A stretch of 64,000 bases of DNA. Source: Balanoglossus misakiensis (lineage: Eukaryota > Animalia > Hemichordata). Below the pieces are notes generated by a model, which ran no database searches, was not told where the DNA came from, and was given only the letters and a program-made list of their open reading frames with translations. Position 1 is the stretch's first letter, and each line of letters begins with the position of its first letter. Location: positions 15,662,550 to 15,726,549 of the forward strand of contig CM082579.2 in NCBI GenBank assembly GCA_040954595.2. The letters are read 5' to 3'. The position numbers and the translations under genes are program-made. Positions 13,801-26,200 of this stretch are shown here, in pieces.

Positions 13801-14605
13801 TTGGTTAGCCTGGAATTAGATATGCAGAAAAATGATGTTTCAGAAATAGGTCAAGGGTCATTGCCAAAATTACCAAAATATTTGTGCCATGTCCTGGCTG
13901 CATTGGTACCCATGTCCACAAAATTCATGACTGTGGTGCTTTGACAAGAGGAGGTATGTTGAATATGCATATATAATTAGTTGTTTTAAAACTGGGTCAA
14001 AGGTCATGTGAAAATTGCCCCGAAAAATTGTGACAACTTCCGGTCATATGATGACTCATATCCAAAAAAAGAATTTCCGTGCTGTCAATATTTTGGCTAC
14101 AAAACGGAATTTTCATTTTTCAATGGTTTTCCGAAAATCCAACATGGCCGCCATAATGATCGACCAATCACAGTGTGCTTCGCAAACTTGATAGACATAG
14201 GTTAGGTGACCACATATCCCAAATCCCGAGACTCGGTAACCGCTGGTTCTGGAGAAGAAGATTTTTAAAGTTTTAGGTAGTTTTTCAGAAAAACAATTGT
14301 AGCAAAAAAACTTTATGTATGACGTCATGATTTTAATGGGGTAAAATGATGGACATAAGGTAGGCTACCTGCACACCAAATTTGAACTCGATCGGCCCAG
14401 TGGTTTTAGAGAAGGACTCATTTAACGATTTTCAGGAAATCCAATATGGCCGCCAGGTCACGTGACTAATTAAATATTCACGAGCCACTGCACGTCTACT
14501 CATTGGCCCCTACCACCCTACCAAGTTTCAGCCCCCTAGGTGCTGCGGTTTTCCAGATCTACCTGGCCGATTTTCTCGGAAGAAGAAGAATAATAATAAA
14601 GAAGA

Positions 14606-15872
14606 ATTAAAGCTGCAAGCAGCGTTGGCGGGGCACAAGCGGTTCCCGTGGTGACCAGCAAATGCCACGGCTGTACCTGCTGGGGATACCAATATATGGG
14701 AAAGTAGGTCAAAGGACACCTGAGGTCACCCCAAATTTGGCCAAAAAAAATTGGACCCCATACTAGTCTAGATCCAACAAAAAACCAGACCCCTAGCCCT
14801 ATTGGTTCGCCTGCAATTAGATATGCATATAATTAATGAGGTCTTGTGTAAGACTCCATTATGTGCTCAATCCCCATAAAAGCCAGGGCTCTAACTGCTC
14901 TGGATGCTGAGATATGGGAAAGTAGATCAAAGGTCACCCAAGGTCACCCAAAATTAGGGCATAAAATTTTGATCCCAGAGTGGGCCATGTCCAACCAATA
15001 CCAGACCTCTAGCCCTATTGGGTAGCATGGAATTAGATATGCAGAAAAATGATGTTTCAGAAATAGGTCAAAGGTCATTGTCAAAATTACCAAAATATTT
15101 GTGTCATGTTCTGGCAGCATTGGTACCCATGTCCACAAAATTCATGACTGTGGTGCTTTGACAAGAGGAGGTATGGGGAATATGCATATATAATTATTTG
15201 TTTTAAAACTGGGTCAAAGGTCATGTGAAAATTGCCCCGAAAAATTGTGACAACTTCCGGTCATATGATGACTCATATCCAAAAAAAGAATTTCCATGCT
15301 GTCAACATTTTGGCTACAAAACGGAATTATCACTTTTCAATGGTTTTCCGAAAATCCAACATGGCCGCCATAATGATCGACCAATCACATTGCGCTTCGC
15401 AAACTTGATAGACATAGGTTAGGTGACCACATATCCCAAATCCCGAGACTCGGTAACCGCTGGTTCTGGAGAAGAAGATTTTTAAAGTTATAAGTAGTTT
15501 TTCAGAAAAACAATTGTAGCAAAAAACCTTTATGTATGACGTCATGATTTTATGGGGTAAAATGATGGACATAAGGTAGGCTACCTGCACACCAAATTTG
15601 AACTCGATCGGCCCAGTGGTTTTTGAGAAGGACTCATTTAATGATTTTCAGGAAATCCAATATGGCCGCCAGGTCACGTGACTAATTAAATATTCACGAG
15701 CCACTGCACGTCTACTCATTGGCCCCTACCACCCTACCAAGTTTCAGCCCCCTAGGTGCTGCGGTTTTCCAGATCTACCTGGCCGATTATTTGCAGAAGA
15801 AGAATAATAATAAAGAAAAATTCCAACAATACCAATGGGGGCACAAGCCGCCTGAGGGCGCTTGTGCCCCCA
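14606..15872 (-). mobile_element. Complete HINE-like element, type B (subTIR GGGGCACAAGC)
   Basis: Both termini present; hairpin GGGGGCACAAGC..GCTTGTGCCCCC. Confidence 0.75.
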
Positions 15873-17090
15873 ATTAAAGCTGCAAGCAGCGTTGGCGGGG
15901 CACAAGCGGTTCCCATGGTAAGCAGCAAATGCCAAGGCTGTATCTGCTGTGGATACCAAGATATTGGAAAGTAGGTCAAAGGTCACCTGAGGTCACCCCA
16001 AATTTGGGCAAAAAAATCGGACCCCATACTAGTCTAGGTCCAACAAAAACCAGACCCCTAGCTCTATTGGTTCGCCTATAATTAGGTATGCGCATAATTA
16101 ATGAGGTATTGTGTAAGACTCCATATGTGCTCCATCGGCCCCCCAAAAGCCAGGCCTCTAACTGCTGTGGATGCTGAGATATGGGAAAGTAGATCAAAGG
16201 TCATCCAAGGTCACCCAAAATTTGGGCATAAAATTTTGACCCCAGAGTGGGCCATGTCCAACTAAAACCAGACCTCTAGCCCTATTGGTTAGCCTGGAAT
16301 TAGATATGCAGAAAAATGATGTTTCAGAAATAGGTCAAGGGTCATAGCCAAAATTACCAAAATTTGTGTCATGTCCTGGCAGCATTGGTACCCATGTCCA
16401 CAAAATTCATGACTGTGGTGCTTTGACAAGAGGAGGTATGGGGAATATGCATATATAATTAGTTGTTTTAAAACTGGGTCAAAGGTCATGTGAAAATTGC
16501 CCCGAAAAATTGTGACAACTTCCGGTCATATGATGACTCATATCCAAAAAAAGAATTTTCGTGCTGTCAACATTTTGGCTACAAAACGGAATTTTCATTT
16601 TTCAATGGTTTTCCGATAATCCAACATGGCCGCCATAATGATCGACCAATCACAGTGCGCTTCGCAAACTTGATAGACATAGGTTAGGTGACCACATACC
16701 CCGAATCCCGTGACTCGGCAATCGCTGGTTCTGGAGAAGAAGATTTTTAAAGTTTTAAGTAGTTTTTCAGAAAAACAATTGTAGCAAAAACACTGTATGT
16801 GTGACGTCATGATTTCAATTGGGTAAAATGACGGACAGAAGGTAGGCTACCTGCACACCAAATTTGAACTCGATCGGCCCAGTAGTTTTTGAGAAGGACT
16901 CATTTAACGATTTTCAGGAAATCCAATATGGCCGCCAGGTCACGTGACTAATTAAATATTCACGAGCCACTGCACGTCTACTCATTGGCCCCTATCTCCC
17001 TACCAAGTTTCAGCCCCCTAGGTGCTGCGGTTTTCCAGATCTACCTGGCCGAATTTCTCGGAAGAAGAAGAATAATAATAATAATAAAGA

Positions 17091-20000
17091 ATTAAAGCTG
17101 CAAGCAGCATTGTCGGGCCCAAGCGCTGATCCGGAATTATATATGCACAGTATGAATGAGAAGAAACAGAATGCTTTATCAGGTTTTTTATCTCATGACA
17201 TAACAAGGACGTATGTATTTTTGCTGCAGAAATAGAGTAAAGTAGGTAAAAGGTCACCTGAGGTCATCCAAATTTTGGGAAATTTTTTTTTATCCATATT
17301 CGTCCATGTCCAACAAAAACCAAAACTCTAGCTCTATTGGTTCGTCTGTAATTAGGTATGTGCATATCTAATGAGGTCAGCAGGTGTCTCTGGTGACCCA
17401 AAAATGTGGCTTTACATTTTGGTCCCATCCTGCCAAATGCCAAGGCTGTATCTGCTCTGGATGCTGAGATATGCGAAAGTAGGTCAAAGGTCACCTGAGG
17501 TCACCAAACATTTGGGCAAAATTTTTTGACCCATACTGTTCCATGTCCAACAAAAACTAAAACTCTAGCTCTATTGGTTCGCCTGTAATTAGGTATGTGC
17601 ATATTTAATGAGGTCAGCAGGTGTCACAGGTGACCCAAAAATGTGGCTTTACATTTTGGTCCCATCCTGCCAAATGTCATGGCTGTATCTGCTCTGGATG
17701 CTGAGATATGCGAAAGTAGGTCAAAGGTCACCAGAGGTCACCCAAAATTTGGGCAAACAATTTTGATCCCATACTGGTCCATGTCCAACAAAAACCAAAC
17801 CTCTAGCTCTATTGGTTCGCCCGTAATTAGCTATGTACATAATTAATGAGGTCAGCAGAGGTCATGAAAAGTAGCAAAATATTTTGATCACACACTAATC
17901 CACATGCATCAAAAACCAAACGTCTAGCCCTATAGGTTAGCCTGGAATTAGATATGCTAAAATAATAATGCGTGATAAGTAGGTCAAAGGTCATGTGAAA
18001 AATCTCCAAAAAATTGTAACATATTTTACTCACATGACGATTGATATCCATTAAAAGAATTTGTATGCTATCAATTTTTAGACTAGAAAAAGGAATTTCA
18101 ATTTTTCACTGCTTTTTACAAAATCCAATATGGCCGCCATAATCTTCGACCAATCACAATGCTCTTTGCAAATTTGATAGACAACAGTGTAGTGACCATA
18201 CTCCCCGAATCTTGCGACTCAGTCATCGACCGTTCTGGAGAATAAGATTTTTGGAGTTTAACTATGGTTTTTCGAAAATCCAATATGGCCGCCATAATCT
18301 TCGACCAATCACAATGATCTTCGCAAACTTGATAGACATCAGTTAGGTGACCACATACCCCAAACCGCGTGTCTCGGTTATCACCGGTTCTGGAGAAGAA
18401 GATTTTTGAAATTTAAGCCAGATTTCAGGAAAAAAATTGTAGCAAAAAAACTGCAACTTTTACAGCATAATTTCCGATTACAAAAATGATGGGCAGAAGG
18501 TAGTCTACCTGCATGCCAAATTTGAAGTCGATCTGACTTGTAGTTTCTGAGATCTGAGATTTGCATTTTTTCAGAAAATCCAATATGGCCGCCAGGTCAC
18601 GTGACTAATTAAGTATTCACAAGTCACTGCACATCTACTCATTGACCTTGACCACTGTAGCAAGTTTGAGAAGTGTACCTGCAGTAGTTTCAGAGATCTC
18701 GTTGGCCGAAGAATTGACACAAGAATAAAGAAAGAAAGAAAGAAAGAAAGAATTAAAGCTGCAAGCAGCATTGTCCGGGCCCAAGCTTTATTATCTGATC
18801 TGATATTAGATATGCACATAATTAATGAGAAGAAACATAATGCTGTGTTTATCCCATGAAATATCAAGGTTATATCTATGTTTGGTGCTGATATAGTGTT
18901 AAGTAGGTCAAAGGTCACCCAGAGGTCACCCACAATTTGGGCAGAAAATTTTGACCCATAGTGGTCCATGTCGAACAAAAACCAGACCTCTAGGCCTTTT
19001 GGTTAGCACAGAATTAGGTATGCACATAAATAATGAGTTGAGCAGGGGTCACAGGTGACGCAAAACTTTGGCTTTTCATTATGGCCCCATACCTCCAAAC
19101 GCCAAGGCTGTATCTGCTGTGGATGTCGAGATATGCAAAAGTAGGTCAAAGGTCACCCGAGGTCATCCAAAATTTGGGCAAAATATTTTGACCCCATACT
19201 GATCCATGTCCAAAAAAAAAAAACCTCTGGTTCATCTGTAATTAGGTATGCGCATATTTAATGAGGTCAGCAGAGGTCAAAGGGGTCATGAAAAGTAGCA
19301 AAAATTTTTGATCACATACAAAACCACATACATCAAAAACCAAACTTATAGCCCTATTGGTTAGCCTGGAATTAGATATGCAGAAAAATAATGCGTCAAA
19401 AGTAGGTCAAAGGTCATTGCCAAAATTACCAAAATATTTATAGCTTATTCTTGTCATATGATGATTCATATCCATAAAAAGAATTTCTGTGCTATCAATT
19501 TTTAGGCTAGAAACGGAATTTTTACTTTTTAATCGTTGTTCACAAAATCCAATATGGCCGCCAAAATCTTCGACCAATCATAATGATCTTAGCAAACTTG
19601 ATAGACATCAGTGTAGTGACCATACTCCCCAAATCTTGTGACTCGGTTATCGCTGGTTCTTGAGAAGAAGATTTTTGAAATTTTACTAGGGTTTTTCGAA
19701 AATCCAATATGGCCGCCATAATCTTCGACCAATCACAATGATCTTCGCAAACTTGATAGACCTCAGTTTGGTGACCACATACCCCAAACCCAGTGTCTCG
19801 GTTATCACCGGTTCTGGAGAAGAAGATTTTTGAAATTTAAGCCAGATTTCAGAAAAAAAATTGTAGCAAAAAAACTGCAACTTTGTCAGCATAATTTCCA
19901 ATTACAGAAATGATGGGCAGAAGGTAGTCTACCTGCACGCCAAATTTGAAGTCGATCTGACTTGTAGTTTCTGAGATCTGAGATTTGCATATTTTCAGAA

Positions 20001-20281
20001 AATCCAAGATGGCTGCCAGGTCATGTGACTAATTAGAAATTCAAGGGTTCAATGCACGACTACTCATTGACCTTGACCACTGTAGCAAGTTTCAGAAGTG
20101 TACCTGCAGTGGTGTCTGAGATCTAGAGCGACAAAGAATTGACACAAGAATAAAGAAAGAAAGAAAGAAGAAAGAAAAACCCCAACGAAACCAATAGGGC
20201 CCAAGCGCTGGCTTGCGCTTGGGCCCTAAAAATTCCAACGAAACCAATAGGGCCCAAGCGCTTGCTTGCGCTTGGGCCCTA
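17091..20281 (-). mobile_element. HINE-like element, type A, containing one nested element
   Basis: Body 17091-18751; matching type A terminus at 20229-20281. Confidence 0.7.
18752..20228 (-). mobile_element. Complete innermost HINE-like element, type A variant
   Basis: GGGCCCAAGC subTIR at both ends; AAGA microsatellite. Confidence 0.72.
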
Positions 20282-23200
20282 AAAATTCCAACAATAACAA
20301 TGGGGGCACAAGCCGCCTGAGGGCGCTTGTGCCCCCAAATATTCCAACAATACCAATAGGGGCACAAGCCCGATAGGCTTGTGCCCCTAATAAATTCTTT
20401 TCTTAGTTTGAAACGGGTAGAGATACTTTCCACACGGGTTTTCTAACATTGAATTCCCGTTCATCAACTCAGATTTCCAACAGCATAAGTCGGCTAAAAC
20501 CCTGACAATCTAGAGCAGAAACAGTTGCACACTGGTAACGTTGAACAAGTCGATTTTTCTACGGCCTGGCTCCGCTAAATGTCCGTCACAATATGACAGA
20601 CACTAGCGTACGTTAGCAACGGTGATCAAGTCAGATTTTCTACGGCATGGCTTGGATAAAGCCCCGGCACTCTAGAGCAGAAAAACGCGTACAGAGACCA
20701 CGTTGATCAAGTCTGATCTCCTACGGCTTGGCACGGCTGATGCCCCGGCACTATATATAGGACACAGACTGGCGTAAGTTAACAACGGTAATCACGTCGG
20801 GTTTCCTACGGCCTGGCTCAGCTGAAGCCCCGGCACTCTAGAGCAGAAACAGGAGTACATTGACCACGTTGATCAAGTCAGATTTCCTACGGCGTGACTC
20901 GGCTGGTGCACCGGCTCTATATGACACAGACTGGCGTAAGTTATCAACGGTGATTACGTCGGATTTCCTACGGCCTGGTTTAGCTGAAGCCCCGGCACTT
21001 TAGAGCGGAAACACGCGTACATTGACCACGATGATCAATTCAGATCTCCTACGGCCTGGCTCGACTAAAACCCCGGCACACCATAACAGACACTAGCGTT
21101 CGTTAGCAACGGTGATCAAGTCTGATTTCCTTCGGCCTGGCTCTGCAAAAGACCCGACACTCTAGTACAAAGACGTTGGCTAAGTCGGGCAAACCGAAGA
21201 GGGAAAGTCACAGCGGGTCAACACTCGACATTTGTTCGGGTAGGACTGCATTATTGCCTGTCAATTTATAGAGAAAGCTCGAATTTAACCAGGGCGTTTC
21301 AAACACCGACGTTAGTTGGGGGCACGGCCTGCAGTACTGCCGGGTAAGCTGACATCGGCGTACCGCATGTAATGTAGGGGGGGGGGGACAGAACGGTTTA
21401 ATACTACATTTATCAGATATCAGCTAATTTTGGACAATCATCTTAAATCTAATTCATTTTTTCATATTTGGATATCTGATGATGTATGAATTTTCCATTA
21501 TATGTAAAAATGGTGCTGATTATAAAAATGCACTCTGAATGAGCTGATTTAATACAAAATTGCGTTTTATTCGTTTTTGCACCAAAAAGGTCATTTTTAG
21601 GCAAAACATTCTTTATTTTTTTAATTCGGTGACCTGATCATATATAAACAATTGCTTGTATGTTAAAAGTTTTTATGACTTTTAAAAGCAGTGACACTGG
21701 CGGCATTCAACAGGAAAATAACAATTTTAGCCACAATTTGGTCTAAATGGTAAATTTTTGAAAATTACAAAAAATGCCTGTGTTCTACATTTTCGGAAAT
21801 CTAATGGAGTATAGAATGCTCTTCGTATGTATATATCGATACACATTCCACAAAAGACCGTCTAATTTGGCTCACTGCAGACAAAATTGCGTTTTACCAA
21901 ATTTTCCTTGAAAATGTCATTTTTAGAAAAAAAAATAAAAAAACCTTTGTTCTTCGAATTTGGTGCCCTGATCATATATGACATGTTGATTGTATGTTAA
22001 GACTTTCGACCACTCCAAAAATGCAAGATATTGACGGAATTCAAGAAAAAATAGCCATTTTGGCCATGTTTTGACAAAAATGGTAAATTTTTAAAAAATC
22101 ATAAAAAATTAACTCTTTTCTTATTTTTTCGGAAATATTATGGAGCATGAAGTGTCGTTCTCTTTTAAAAAGTGCTGCAAATTCCAGAAAAGGCGGTATA
22201 ATTTAAATCACCCAAGACAAAATTACCATTTTCGACTTTTTTTTCGAAAAATTGTCTTTTTTACAAAATAAATAAGAATAAATTCTTTTCTTAGTTTCAA
22301 ACGGGTAGAGATACTTTCCACACGGGTTTTCTAACATTGAATTCACGTTCATCAACTCAGATTTCCTACAGCATAAGTCGGCTAAAACCCTGACACTCTA
22401 GAGCAGAAACAGTTGCACACTGGTAACGTTGAACAAGTCGATTTTTCTACGGCCTGGCTCGGCTAAATCTCCGTCAAAATATGACAGACACTAGCGTACG
22501 TTAGCAACGGTGATCAAGTCAGATTTTCTACGGCATGGCTTGGATAAAGCCCCGGCACTCTAGAGCAGAAACACGCGTACAGAGACCATGTTGATCAAGT
22601 CTGATCTCCTACGTCTTGGCTCGACTAAAACCCCGGCACACTATGACAGACACTAGCGTTCGTTAGCAACGTTGATCAAGTCAGATTTCCTACGGCATGG
22701 CTTGGCTAAAGCCCTGGCACTCTAGAGCAGAAACACGCGTACAGAGACCACGTTGATCTACTCACATTTCCTTCGGCCTGGCACGGCTGATGCCCCGGCA
22801 CTATATATAGGACACAGACTGGCGTAAGTTAACAACGGTAATCACGTCGGGTTTCCTACGGCCTGGCTCAGCTGAAGCCCCGGCACTCTAGAGCAGAAAC
22901 ATGCGTACATTGACCACGTTGATCAAGTCAGATTTCCTACGGCGTGACTCGGCTGGTGCACCGGCTCTATATGACACAGACTGGCGTAAGTTATCAACAG
23001 TGATTACGTCGGATTTCCTACGGCCTGGTTTAGCTGAAGCCCCGGCACTTTAGAGCGGAAACACGCGTACATTGACCACGATGATCAAGTCAGATCTCCT
23101 ACGGCCTGGCCCGACTAAAACCCCGGCACACCATGACAGACACTAGCGTTCGTTAGCAACGGTGATCAAGTCGGATTTCCTTCGGCCTGGCTCTGCAAAA

Positions 23201-26200
23201 GACCCGACACTCTAGTACAAAGACGTTGGCTAAGTCGGGCAAACCGAAGAGGGAAAGTCACAGCGGGTCAACACTCGACATTTGTTCCGGTACGACTGCA
23301 TTATTGCCTGTCAATTTATAGAGAAAGCCCGAATTTAACCAGAGCGTTTCAAACACCGACGTTAGTTGGGGGCACGGCCTGCAGTACTGCCGGGTAAGCT
23401 GACATCGGCGTACCGCATTTAATGTAGGGGGGGGGGGGGACAGAACGGTTCAATACTACATTTATTAGATATCAGCTAATTTTGGACAATCATCTAAAAT
23501 CTAAATCATTTTTTTCATATTTGGATATCTGATGATGTATTAAATTTCCATTACATGTAAAAATGGTGCTGATTATAAAAAATGCATTCTGATTTAATAC
23601 AAAATTGCGTTTTATTCGTTTTTGCACCAAAAAGGTCATTTTTAGGCAAAACATTCTTTATTTTTTTAATTCGGTGACCTGATCATATATAAACAATTGC
23701 TTGTATGTTAAAAGTTTTTATGACTTTTAAAAGCAGTGACACTGGCGGCATTCAACACGAAAATAACAATTTTAGCCACAATTTGGTCAAAATGGTAAAT
23801 TTTTGAAAATTACAAAAAAATACCTGTTTTCTACATTTTCGGAAATCTGATGGAGTATAGAATGCTCTTCGTATGTATATATCGATACAAATTCCACAAA
23901 AGACCGTCTAATTTGGCTCACTGCAGACAAAATTGCGTTTTACCAAATTTTCCTTGAAAATGTCATTTTTAGAAGAAAAAAAATAAAAAAACCTTTGTTC
24001 TTCGAATTTGGTGCCCTGATCATATATGACATGTTGATTGTATGTTAAAATTTTCGACCACTCCAAAAATGCAGATATATTGACGGAATTCAAGAAAAAA
24101 TAGCCATTTTGGCCATATTTTGACTAAAATGGTAAATTTTTAAAAAATCATAACAAAATAACTCTTTTCTTCATTTTCCGAAATATTATGGAGCATGAAG
24201 TGTCGTTCTCTTGTAAGAAGTGCAGCAAATTCCAGAAAAGGCGGTATAATTAATCACCCAAGATAAAATTACCATTTTCGACTTTTTTTCGAAAAATTGT
24301 CTTTTTTACAAAATAAATAAGAATAAATTCTTTTCTTAGTTTCAAACGGGTAGAGATACTTTCCACACGGGTTTTCTAACATTGAATTCCCACTCATCAA
24401 CTCAGATTTCCTACAGCATAAGTCGGCTAAAACCCTGACACTCTAGAGCAGAAACAGTTGCACACTGGTAACGTTGAACATGTCGATTTTTCTACGGCCT
24501 GGCTCTGCTAAATCACCGTCACAATATGACAGACACTAGCGTACGTTAGCAACGGTGATCAAGTCAGATTTTCTACGGCATGGCTTGGATAAAGCCCCGG
24601 CACTCTAGAGCAGAAACACGCGTACAGAGACCACGTTGATCAAGTCTGATCTCCTACGGCTTGGCTCGACTAAAACCATGGCACACTATGACAGACACTA
24701 GCGTTCGTTAGCAACGTTGATCAAGTCAGATTTCCTACGGCATGGCTTGGCTAAAGCCCTGGCACTCTAGAGCAGAAACACGCGTACAGAGACCACGTTG
24801 ATCTACTCACATTTCCTTCGGCCTGGCACGGCTGATGCCCCGGCACTATATATAGGACACAGACAGGCGTAAGTTAACAACGGTAATCACGTCGGGTTTC
24901 CTACGGCCTGGCTCAGCTGAAGCCCCGGCACTCTAGAGCAGAAACAGGCGTACATTGACCACGTTGATCAAGTCAGATTTCCTACGGCGTGACTCGGCTG
25001 GTGCACCGGCTCTATATGACACAGACTGGCGCAAGTTATCAACGGTGATTACGTCGGATTTCCTACGGCCTGGTTTAGCTGAAGCCCCGGCACTTTAGAG
25101 CGGAAACACGCGTACATTGACCACGATGATCAAGTCAGATCTCCTACGGCCTGGCTCGACTAAAACCCCGGCACACCATGACAGACACTAGCGTTCGTTA
25201 GCAACGGTGATCAAGTCGGATTTCCTTCGGCCTGGCTCTGCAAAAGACCCGACACTCTAGTACAAAGACGTTGGCTAAGTCGGGCAAACCGAACAGGGAA
25301 AGTCACAGCGGTTCAACACTTGACATTTGTTCCGGTAGGACTGCATTATTGCCTGTCAATTTATAGAGAAAGCCCGAATTTAACCAGGGCGTTTCAAACA
25401 CCGACGTTAGTTGGGGGCACGGCCTGCAGTACTGCCGGGTAAGCTGACATCGGCGTACCGCATATAATGTAGGGGGGGGGGGGGGGAACAGAACGGTTCA
25501 ATACTACATTTATTACATATCAGGTAATTTTGGACAATCATCTAAAATCTAAATCATTTTTTCATATTTGGATATCTGATGATGTATGAAATTTCCATTA
25601 TATGTAAAAATGGTGCTGATTATAAAAAATGCACTCTGATTTAATACAAAATTGCGTTTTATTCGTTTTTGCACCAAAAAGGTCATTTTTAGGCAAAACA
25701 TTCTTTATTTTTTTAATTCGGTGACCTGATCATATATAAACAATTGCTTGTATGTTAAAAGTTTTTATGACTTTTAAAAGCAGTGACACTGGCGGCATTC
25801 AACACGAAAATAACAATTTTAGCCACAATTTGGTCAAAATGGGAAATTTTTGAAAATTACAAAAATACCTGTTTTCTACATTTTCGGAAATCTGATGGAG
25901 TATAGAATGCTCTTCGTATATATATATCGATACAAATTCCACAAAAAACGGCCAATTTGGCTCACTGCAGACAAAATTGCGTTTTACCAAATTTTCCTTG
26001 AAAATGTCATTTTTAGAAAAAAAAAATAAAAAAACCTTTGTTCTTCGAATTTGGTGCCCTGATCATATATGACATGTTGATTATATGTTAAAAGTTTAGA
26101 CCACTCCAAAAATGCAGAGATATTGACGGAATTCAAGAAAAAATAGCCATTTTGGCCATATTTTGACAAAAATGGTAAATTTTTAAAATATCATAAAAAA

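Larger units (their letters stand above)
15873..20337 (-). mobile_element. HINE-like element, type B, containing two nested type A elements
   Basis: Body 15873-17090; matching type B terminus at 20282-20337. Confidence 0.7.
13389..20389 (-). mobile_element. Nested cluster 2 of five Helentron-like non-autonomous elements; outer element type B
   Basis: Five ATTAAAGCTGCAAGCAGC ends (13389, 14606, 15873, 17091, 18752) and five hairpin ends (15872, 20228, 20281, 20337, 20389). Removing the block restores satellite AAATAAGA|ATAAATTC with no TSD. Confidence 0.8.
4749..21007 (+). repeat. Recent tandem segmental duplication, period 4629 bp (copy 2 split by the 7-kb HINE cluster)
   Basis: ORFs at 4758/9387, 5599/10228 and 8375/13004 are each offset by 4629. 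Diagnostic variants of 8760-9377 (TTCCAACAGC, GACAATCTAG, CTTGGCACGG deletion junction) reappear at 20390-21007. Confidence 0.9.
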
